Virus record (IMG/VR): IMGVR_UViG_3300027808_000009
Span: 32,001-96,000 of that record
Reading direction: 5' to 3' (one strand)
DNA: 64,000 nucleotides
Source: a virus
Positions 58,101 through 64,000 of the stretch are shown piece by piece. The notes below the pieces were generated by a model that had not been told where the DNA came from, did not search any database, and was given only the letters and a program-made list of their open reading frames with translations. The translations under genes were made by a program, and so were the position numbers. The first letter of the stretch is position 1. Each line of letters begins with the position of its first letter.

Positions 58101-58723
58101 TTGTTGAATCAGTATTGGATACTAAAGACATAGATAAAAGAAGAAATAAAGCATACGGTAGCATACAGTTTAATTACTCAACTGATGAAGGTTACTATGG
58201 TGTATATACTGATGCACAAGGTAAAGAAGAACTTATTGAAAGTGGGAATGAAAAAGCAATTAAAGCAATACTTAAAGAGAAGTATGATGCTGAAGTAGCT
58301 GCATTACAACCTCAAACAGGACCAGTTACTAAAGCATCTGAGCTTAATCTACAAAAAGAGGATACAGTAGTTGTTAAAGAACCAATACCTGAATTTGCAG
58401 AAAAAGGTGATACATTAACTGTTTTGAAATCTGATGAAAATTCAGTATCTTTTACAAATAAGGGTAAAGAAAAAACCTTATCTTTACAAGAGTTAAATAA
58501 ACACACAACAACAATGGATATTCTTAAAACAGAGCAAGCAGAATCAACACCAGAAATACTTGATGCTATTGATAAACAGACTATTAATGAGACAGTTAAT
58601 GCATTGACTGATTTTATTGGTGATAAAAAAGCAATTCAAGATGCTATTAAAAAAGCGGCTTCAAGTAATGTAACTGCTGAAAATCTTACAAATGATTTAC
58701 TAGACAACTTAGAGTGTCAATAA
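52106..58723 (+). CDS. Giant ejection protein (2205 aa) with membrane-spanning segments, PD-(D/E)XK nuclease domain and cassette array
   Basis: Hydrophobic G/A-rich segments (AGIMTEAIAEEVGMMAITAATGGATLPALF; FASGFFMGMF); VAGEMDLLLIDKEGKLHIIDFKTG...YTLQQYTY nuclease motif. Confidence 0.7.
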   Translation: MLTDDNQEFNSLDPLGPQFGKANQQEISSEALKPFEGAPIKPVKDYFPVIPQSGALTRGDYAVKDIITGQAPNQPPARSKQKVSAADFGRAAQQHFDMQLRTNQNKNNISKVAAYNAGPSGNSFYKRYAAYGQEKFDKIGFSPTRDNEALYNSHTTAWNDFSRMMTNSFVPLFSRGFVSGPKSLINALGGDFSGDTEDAKIYEEAAAIGQSTKGGFSGFFNNTAMNFAYTAGIMTEAIAEEVGMMAITAATGGATLPALFATTANAGKNILRGIKGLDKVGDGFKAVNKTLKSLNNIDETRKLFTTIKAGANSKVGKFLNPFENMTEAFGTIAKNENNLEGLARTASAINKTAGGLFRDVRNANMALSEARLEAGMNENAVYDKIYTEYYKKNGVPPDNDTQFLMLQKAKEAGMSTLIMNSALIFGSNKIVLPNILGPKGGPAGFLRSKVDDVMNLKDGKVVFEQFGKKAKEGVKQVGKGEFKYVEDSLKNTAKQILKQPGRALLKSSAGYFKGNIMEGVQENLQEVIAGANEKYYSDALSNRVLGTHINERGKASIMMDEFGKQFTSQGFETFASGFFMGMFAKPFNAALPTLFNGYNRVFNKDEYLKYKEIRKSYGEGLTNRLNTMYSDPKDFFNSKFFNYGVQNELATTIETADSKLKKDAMDEAFGNQVMTALETNTVNFFTEHLSSMKDMTPDEFEEAFRFEKGTGAKYQGRIDGIIDTAKNMEKSYKYANDRFPNPINLSPLKKGTEEYNEATIFSNAWEHGKKNYVLLNQSFNDTMGRMRDIMGTVKDNPSLKNMAQADIDLIFEPNKIGNEAAMLKTEIEGLKLSQDPASKQQAVEKQNKLDALSNFLDIHTKHNAYHNRADYAENIFEAYKKKTGETELSDDTKQYILDTAFGEKNDENTLKANSELEDVYKKYLKTVNGVDNSYVFDTDIDESFNKLLDHYLLDAESKKLVTYINLLHNPKSFVEHVEKTKQWMTNMYNNRKEYYTDMVNKQLAGIETNALLNQLADLNVFVDLDVLQDYMENDVIPKEFFDETTKQVIPKGTKKYNEIFNILALNKRLKAEDVEKPTLDDTLQEKVDTLEIQENKELDELEKVEVVKVIKKQVATTTKLTINDILNDIEEYQYVDAKYDGTEQIVTMYFGFAGLKADNNQGELLDADAIKDKFSEYTIYKKSLQADPEEVKAIKEKYNALRDQAAEAFNENKAKTKADIYSNFTPVEQLPKDLVTQLKTAFSQTEEAIKADEDDISGEELDDIFKVFVKNNSLADDIISEYNDKSKDAVEKEKLGEIDDFDFVSNNKRLNTANYSTEDIKVLRKQFEELRDNADTTLKKTAYQDVITKFNKLISTRDVQNFTPEVQEIIKTLKNELFAKQSGINKLGEEGYAVKGQILARVSNFIEKYKTEKYRYTGADIVKDAYDMTIGNTGFNERGIQFFINKLKLDLHIDSVKKNYGYTDETEALLKKHLKNLLVQDLNKVLFKNKEELLEDIQAFISENTYEASRDGGTYVDDELRKFFTKGGAPVFDEKKITREAYDNLFGPTSFLKPIKQRIDAGQLYTVATNLKVYDVDSNVAGEMDLLLIDKEGKLHIIDFKTGNETKWDGFVTQTKFSKNKLEAYTLQQYTYARLLKKMTGLDADINIFPIETTLDQNSKKVLTAGAPTNTKLNGPGKWYFSLDPNFTDAKAKIDKAIPIEAPVIKVATSINPVYKKQLVNLGYPIGIINDLTKEQAAELTKDNVPYKEFIKQTSGAKMSFGKAAAETVTPTDTKADIEKEIKETLRNITYANGTKPYDNLDIQNELEINQASRNIVNALSKDQPLTFEFLKANLGGIFTTTNNNVIKININKGTSNIELSEVGTVRTIIIDKNNNISYDFEDRGKQLNLKAARAISQAESKHQDKLKDIFKKYDAELTSLTQFTETTTTTDTKADLLNKYNKDVAKITNNYAKQIDSVGKARYRNNLEEARDNELLKLKEDYDAELAALEKTTENKSVVESVLDTKDIDKRRNKAYGSIQFNYSTDEGYYGVYTDAQGKEELIESGNEKAIKAILKEKYDAEVAALQPQTGPVTKASELNLQKEDTVVVKEPIPEFAEKGDTLTVLKSDENSVSFTNKGKEKTLSLQELNKHTTTMDILKTEQAESTPEILDAIDKQTINETVNALTDFIGDKKAIQDAIKKAASSNVTAENLTNDLLDNLECQ
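57422..58306 (+). repeat. Three in-frame cassettes bounded by DTK(A)D and (K/D)YDAE(L/V)xxL
   Basis: GATACTAAAG at 57422, 57899 and 58118; TATGATGC(A/T)GAA(C/G)TA at 57845, 58052 and 58283. Confidence 0.8.
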
Positions 58724-58734
58724 ACTAATTAAAT

Positions 58735-61700
58735 ATGAATATTACTTGTGCTTTAACTAAAACGCAAATAGAAAAGCTATTTGCTAAAATTTATAGAGAT
58801 TTATTTGATTCATTAAATGATAATAAGTCTGTTGATGTAAAGTCTTATATGCAAACTTTATTCAATACAATTGAATCTAAATCAGATGCAGATAAAGCAG
58901 CAACATTTTTACAGAATGTACCATCACTATTACATACTGCAATAGGTGATTATAGTTTAGCACGTCTTGAAATTGATGATAGTAGTATTAGACCATTAAT
59001 TAATAAGTTTCTTAATCCAGAAACGGGTTTATTAGATGTACTACAATACTTTAGACCTAAAGATATTATCAAAGAGATACAGAATGATGTAAATATAAAG
59101 AACAATAGTATTAACAGTCCTAAGTTTACTGAGGATGCTGATGTACCAGTATCTCCAAGATATAAAGCATCAAGTGCATTTACAACTACAATGCAACAGT
59201 TTATTACTAGAGATCCAAATAATAACTTAACTATTGAAGAAATAGATCCTAATAAGGTAAGAATATATAATACATTAGAAAAACTTAAAAAAGCATTTAA
59301 TTCAAAAGATAATAGTGTACTAAATCCAAAATACCAAGGTAGACTATTAAAACTTAAAGGTGTAAGATTAGATAGTGTTGCAGCTAGTTTAGATAAAACT
59401 ACAGCTGCTTTATTAGTTAAAGCAAACTCAATTAAAAAAAAAGGTGGTGTAAACTTTCTTGAAGATGCAATTATATTAATGGTGACTGATGAGTTTGGTA
59501 CTCCAATAAACTTTAGTAAAGAAGGTGATATTACATCTAAAGAAGAAGGTGGTAAACCTGTGTATCAATTTTTAAGAAATGTTACTGTTGATGAAGAAAC
59601 AGGTGACTATACTATAAAAGATATTTATGGTAAAGAAGAAAGAATACAATCTGTAGAAGATCAGATTACTAATTATGGATCTAGTATATATGGTACAAAG
59701 TCTCTTAATGAATTCAAACAAGTTTTAGAAGCAGAAGGTGAAAGCTATGATGATTTGTATAATGATTTAAAACAACAGCAACAAGCTGACTTTAAAGCTC
59801 TTCTAGATGTACATAAAGAAATACTAAAAGAAAAAGAAAAGCTATTTGATATAATGGATGTTAGTGCTGGTATACCACTTGATTTTACAGGTGGTAATAT
59901 GCCTTTAAATGATTTTTTAAAATTAACCGATAACTTAAATACCAATTATAAATTTACTACACTAAGAACAGAAAGAGATGATATAAAAGCTGGTAATACT
60001 GTTATATCTATTAATGATTATGAGATACCAGTTGATAGAAAAAATATGTCTGCGGACTTAATAAATAAAATTGCAGCTGCATTAGTTAGTAGTAAAATGG
60101 ATGGTAGGGAAAAGTATGCCTTTTATGATCAGTTTTCTCATAATAATATAAACTTTGATGATAAAAAGTTATTTGTAGTTTATAAGCCTGAGTCTGGTTT
60201 AGAGGTAAGCTATAAAGAAGATACAAAAAATCCTAAAAGAGAAATAGTTGATTTAACTAATAAAGAAATAGCAAAAGCAATTATTATAAAAGCATTAGGC
60301 ACTGAAAGAGGTACAGCTAGTAAACCATATTCTGCTAATATGAAAATTAATGCTGACTTATTAGAAAAGAGTACTCAGTTTTTTGATTATGATTTATTAA
60401 AGGATGAACCTGTTGAAGCATCATATAGAGAATTTTTAAGTAAAGTAAATCCTACTGTTAAATTTAAAAATAATGAACCAGGTGTATATAACTCATACTT
60501 TGCATTTAGAGTTAATGATAACTTAAGTAAAGAGTTAAAGAAGGCTAAAGAAAAAGTTCAAGAGAAAACATATACTACAGACTCTTATATAAGACAAGCT
60601 AAAGATGCTTTATTACTTAAACTTACAGAGAATAAAAACATATCTGGTACTGTAACAGGTAGTGTAACAAAAACTACATTTATAATCCAAGTTGATGGTA
60701 AGTCTGTTCAAGGTAGATTTGAAGAGGGTTTGTCAATTACATCAGTACCAACAAATTATACTGTAAGATTTTCTGTAGGTGAAGCAATAGTAGATGGTAA
60801 AAGAATAACAGATGTTATATCTATCTATGCAGGAGATAAAAAAATTGGTCAAGTAAGTGAAACTGATTATAAAGCTGGAGAAAAACCAAGAACTTATGAA
60901 GATGCTAAAATAGCTGATGAAAAAGTAATTAATCCAATTGATGTACCACAACCATCTGATAAAAAAGGTAAGAGAAGTGGAATTAGTAAATTATGGGATA
61001 GGTCAAGTAAACTACCAAGTGATGTTACAAGAGAAGAAGTTGATGCTGCTCAAGAGTGGTGGGAGAATTCTCCGTTGTCTAAGTTTATTGAACTTGAGCA
61101 CATGGCTAACATTGTTAACTCTGATGTTTATGCAAGATTTATTATATCTGGTAAAAGATTAGAAGATACTAAAATACAATTAGATACTGCTACTGGTGGT
61201 TCTGCTGTAGATTTATACCATGAAGCTTGGCATGCATTCTCTCAATTGTACTTAACTAAAGATCAAAAGACTAAGTTATATGCTGAGACAAGAAAAAGAT
61301 TAAATAATAATGACCTTACTCCACTTGAAGTAGAAGAAATAATAGCTGAGGATTTTAGAACTTATGCTAAAAATCCTAAACCAACAGGAGATGCACCAAT
61401 AAGAAATACTTTATTCAGAAAAATCTGGAACTTTATCAAAGCACTTTTTGGTAAACGTAATACTAAAGATGAGTTATTTAAAGAATTATTCTTTGCAAGT
61501 AAAAATCCTAAGCTTTTAAACAAGTATGCACCACTTGTTGATAACGCAATGTTTGACATACTTAATAGAGATAGAGGTATCTTAAATGTTGAAACAAAAG
61601 AACTTGAATTAAGCTTTCAAGACTCAATGACTGTATCAAGTCAAATTGATTCTGCTTTATCAGAATTAATTGATGAAATATATACAGATAGAGTAGAGAG

Positions 61701-64000
61701 AGAAAAGCAAGGAGAAGTAGGTAAAAACAATGTACCAATTAAAGCTACTAGAAATGGTACTATATCTTTATTAACAAATGATAAAGATAAAGCTATAGCT
61801 TATCAAGCTATATATGAAAGATTTGAAGACAATCTTACATATTTTCAAGATCAACTTGATACTGTAGATGAAGATGACTATAATAAAGTTACTCTTCTTA
61901 CAGATAAAATAAGAATATTAAAAGCTGCAATAGATAACTGGGGTGACTCAAAAAGTGGTGTAGTTAAATTCCATATTGATAATAGTACATTTGATTTAAT
62001 CAAGCAAAACTATATTGAAATAGAAGCTGAAGATGAAGTAGATGAAGATGATGATAATACATCTCCTGAAACAGCAAAAGAGTCAGAACAATTTGCTAAT
62101 AAAGAAGTAGGTGATAAATCATTATTACAATTAGCTGAGAAAGAAACTCTTTATATCATAAAAAGTCTATTTAAAATAGCTGATGGTAAACAGGTAATGG
62201 GTAAACTTGGTTTTCCTGAGCTTGCTGATTTTAGTAAAACATGGAATATTGTTACTAAAGTGATTGGTGGTGAGAAAGATCCAGTTAAAATGTATGAAAA
62301 ACTTGTTGCAGGTATTAAAAGTTTTCCTGAGTTAAAACAATTAATTGAAAATAAGATACCTGACCCAAGAGAAATACATAACATTGAGGAGTTTAATATT
62401 AAAGCTGCTTTCTGGCAAGACTTTAAAAAGACTAAACTTAAATATCTTCAATTAACTGTAGATAACCCAGATGGTACTGAATATAAATCTGAGGTTACTG
62501 AAGCATCAATTGAGTTTACAAATGTTATAAATAAGTTTAAAAGTGAATTTAAAGCATCACCAAAAAGTACTTATATCAATAAAGGTGATGATAACAAATC
62601 TATATTAAATCTAGACAAGGTAATTGCTGATTTTGATGATAAGAGTTTTGATAGTAGAAAATCAATCCAATTTGCAAGAGCAATTGGAATTAACCTACAA
62701 GATTTATCTGCATTAAAAACAGAACTAGATAATAATAAAGATGATTATGGGATTCAATATTTATTTAATGTAACTAAATCTATACATAAAATAAGTAAAG
62801 ATCCTAATGCAAGTACTGAACATAAAAAGTTTATTAAAAAGTTTTTATCAGATCCAATTGGAGCTTTATATGGTGAAATACCAAAAGGTATCTATAAAGA
62901 TGTTACATCTGAAAAGAATATAATTCAAAAATTAGCAAAACTACAGAGTGCATTTGGTACTAACTATTCTAGTTTCAGTGTATTAAACCCTGAAAAGAAT
63001 CTTGTTAATGAGTTTATAGAAGACAATACTGTAAGTATGATTGTTGACGCAATCAATAATGTTTCTACTGGTAATGCTTTATGGACAAGTGATGAATACC
63101 AATACATGAGTTACCTTAATCCAGAGATAAATGGATTTACATTACAGTCTCAAATATTAAAAAGTATATTTGAATACAGTAATAATACTTTAAATGAAAG
63201 AAAAGGTGATGCTAAGATTGAATTAGCAATGGTTGCAGGTTCACAAATTGTGGATGAAAAAGGTGCAAATACAACTTCTCTTGATGTACAAAGTAAATAC
63301 ATACAAGAATTAAATATGATGCTAAAAGGTGGTATCGTAGAATTCATGAGGCATGCATCTAAGTCTTCATCATTTGGTATGAGATTAGCAAATAGTGTAT
63401 CAGGTGGTCTTGGTAAAGCCGATCCTAATAGTAGATTGTATGTAGATATTGATATGTTTGGACCTAATGGTAATGCAGATCAGTATGCTGTTAATAATAT
63501 ATTCATAGGATACATACAGGCTGAGTTAACTAGAATACAAAAGTTTAAAGGCAATAAAGAATTATTCAAACAGTATAATGGTTACAATAGAAATGTTGGC
63601 ACTGAAGAAAATCCTATTTATGCTGGTGAACAATTTACAGCTTTTGATAATGTATTAAAAGACTTTACTACTACAATAAATGATAAAGAAACTACTACAG
63701 ATTTAAAACAGTACTTGATTGACAATGTAAAAGATGGTGATCTTAAGAATTATTTAAAGTCTAATCCAGAGATTAAAAAAGCTATTACTGAACAAGTAAC
63801 AAAATATTTTAATGGTCAAACAGATAAAAACTATAAACAATTCTCTGAGTCTCCATTCTATGACCCAGCTTTAATGAATAAGCTTAATGTGTTTACAACT
63901 TTGGAAAAAGAAGATAAACATAAGTTACTTGTTAAAGCATATACAATGAATGCTTGGATACATAACTTTGAAACAGCAAGTTTAGTATATGGTGATATAG
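58735..64000 (+). CDS. Giant virion protein (over 1755 aa, 3' truncated, absent from ORF track): zincin metallopeptidase domain, probable N-terminal part of the virion RNA polymerase polyprotein
   Basis: ATG 58735 (MNITCALTK...); frame spot-checked open at 60001, 61201, 62401 and 63961; LYHEAWHAFSQ at 61213-61245 and EEIIAEDF downstream. The RNAP call is positional, and no DxDxD catalytic motif was identified in the window. Confidence 0.7.
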   Translation, partial: MNITCALTKTQIEKLFAKIYRDLFDSLNDNKSVDVKSYMQTLFNTIESKSDADKAATFLQNVPSLLHTAIGDYSLARLEIDDSSIRPLINKFLNPETGLLDVLQYFRPKDIIKEIQNDVNIKNNSINSPKFTEDADVPVSPRYKASSAFTTTMQQFITRDPNNNLTIEEIDPNKVRIYNTLEKLKKAFNSKDNSVLNPKYQGRLLKLKGVRLDSVAASLDKTTAALLVKANSIKKKGGVNFLEDAIILMVTDEFGTPINFSKEGDITSKEEGGKPVYQFLRNVTVDEETGDYTIKDIYGKEERIQSVEDQITNYGSSIYGTKSLNEFKQVLEAEGESYDDLYNDLKQQQQADFKALLDVHKEILKEKEKLFDIMDVSAGIPLDFTGGNMPLNDFLKLTDNLNTNYKFTTLRTERDDIKAGNTVISINDYEIPVDRKNMSADLINKIAAALVSSKMDGREKYAFYDQFSHNNINFDDKKLFVVYKPESGLEVSYKEDTKNPKREIVDLTNKEIAKAIIIKALGTERGTASKPYSANMKINADLLEKSTQFFDYDLLKDEPVEASYREFLSKVNPTVKFKNNEPGVYNSYFAFRVNDNLSKELKKAKEKVQEKTYTTDSYIRQAKDALLLKLTENKNISGTVTGSVTKTTFIIQVDGKSVQGRFEEGLSITSVPTNYTVRFSVGEAIVDGKRITDVISIYAGDKKIGQVSETDYKAGEKPRTYEDAKIADEKVINPIDVPQPSDKKGKRSGISKLWDRSSKLPSDVTREEVDAAQEWWENSPLSKFIELEHMANIVNSDVYARFIISGKRLEDTKIQLDTATGGSAVDLYHEAWHAFSQLYLTKDQKTKLYAETRKRLNNNDLTPLEVEEIIAEDFRTYAKNPKPTGDAPIRNTLFRKIWNFIKALFGKRNTKDELFKELFFASKNPKLLNKYAPLVDNAMFDILNRDRGILNVETKELELSFQDSMTVSSQIDSALSELIDEIYTDRVEREKQGEVGKNNVPIKATRNGTISLLTNDKDKAIAYQAIYERFEDNLTYFQDQLDTVDEDDYNKVTLLTDKIRILKAAIDNWGDSKSGVVKFHIDNSTFDLIKQNYIEIEAEDEVDEDDDNTSPETAKESEQFANKEVGDKSLLQLAEKETLYIIKSLFKIADGKQVMGKLGFPELADFSKTWNIVTKVIGGEKDPVKMYEKLVAGIKSFPELKQLIENKIPDPREIHNIEEFNIKAAFWQDFKKTKLKYLQLTVDNPDGTEYKSEVTEASIEFTNVINKFKSEFKASPKSTYINKGDDNKSILNLDKVIADFDDKSFDSRKSIQFARAIGINLQDLSALKTELDNNKDDYGIQYLFNVTKSIHKISKDPNASTEHKKFIKKFLSDPIGALYGEIPKGIYKDVTSEKNIIQKLAKLQSAFGTNYSSFSVLNPEKNLVNEFIEDNTVSMIVDAINNVSTGNALWTSDEYQYMSYLNPEINGFTLQSQILKSIFEYSNNTLNERKGDAKIELAMVAGSQIVDEKGANTTSLDVQSKYIQELNMMLKGGIVEFMRHASKSSSFGMRLANSVSGGLGKADPNSRLYVDIDMFGPNGNADQYAVNNIFIGYIQAELTRIQKFKGNKELFKQYNGYNRNVGTEENPIYAGEQFTAFDNVLKDFTTTINDKETTTDLKQYLIDNVKDGDLKNYLKSNPEIKKAITEQVTKYFNGQTDKNYKQFSESPFYDPALMNKLNVFTTLEKEDKHKLLVKAYTMNAWIHNFETASLVYGDI

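Larger units (their letters stand above)
1..64000 (+). other. Structural/late gene arm of a crAss-like (Crassvirales-type) bacteriophage genome
   Basis: All credible ORFs are tightly packed on +. Order is TerL-portal-scaffold-MCP, IHF-like, tail ring genes, about 1800-aa muzzle/stabilisation gene, then giant cargo proteins, matching known crAss-like architecture. A-rich, SD-less start contexts are typical of Bacteroidota. Confidence 0.85.

Noticed and set aside
57422-58306. Cassette array as a CRISPR-like array or inteins
   Set aside because: Repeats are short, degenerate and in-frame with unequal inserts of 50-140 codons; no intein C/S start or HN end motifs.
3103-63347. Minus-strand and nested alternative-frame ORFs in the track (for example 22856..23269, 52789..53199, 24509..24886)
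   Set aside because: All lie inside longer + strand genes, are shadows of biased codon usage and show no motifs or independent start signals.
1-64000. Stop-codon reassignment (TAG to Gln or TGA to Trp) as in some crAss-like phages
   Set aside because: Long genes are intact under code 11 with dense packing; TAG (24055, 24779) and TGA (239, 8705) end genes at sensible, coupled boundaries.
1-64000. tRNA, rRNA, integrase or transposase genes
   Set aside because: Intergenic gaps are short and explained by terminators or promoters; no cloverleaf or recombinase motifs were recognised.

Overview
The whole window is one strand (+) of the virion-morphogenesis arm of a large AT-rich tailed phage with Crassvirales (crAss-like / phi14:2-like) organisation. 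The host is probably in Bacteroidota, since starts have A-rich leaders with no Shine-Dalgarno. Gene order: adhesin/fibre genes with small partner ORFs (1-6.7 kb); lysis module with holin-like proteins, a permuted papain-like enzyme and an L,D-transpeptidase-fold endolysin (6.7-8.9 kb); DNA-binding and nuclease genes; terminase, GIY-YIG homing endonuclease, portal, scaffold, major capsid (12-21 kb); a cluster of very basic small proteins (22-25.3 kb); ring, Dps-like, auxiliary capsid and Cys-rich fibre genes (25-34.5 kb); IHF-like, tail ring and muzzle genes (34.6-42 kb); then six essentially Cys-free cargo/ejection proteins ending in a giant zincin-containing ORF (probable virion RNA polymerase) that runs off the right edge. 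The standard genetic code is used. The most unusual signals are: (i) a recurring [MFYA]-[KRQA]-x-G-G motif, about 25 copies, concentrated in the basic and cargo proteins, suggesting a double-glycine processing or packaging code; (ii) an in-frame array of cassettes with conserved DTKAD...KYDAELAAL flanks and unrelated inserts inside a 2205-aa ejected protein that also carries a PD-(D/E)XK nuclease; (iii) a shared terminal helix-G(G)-strand module in cargo proteins. All family assignments come from motif recognition by eye; no database searches were run.
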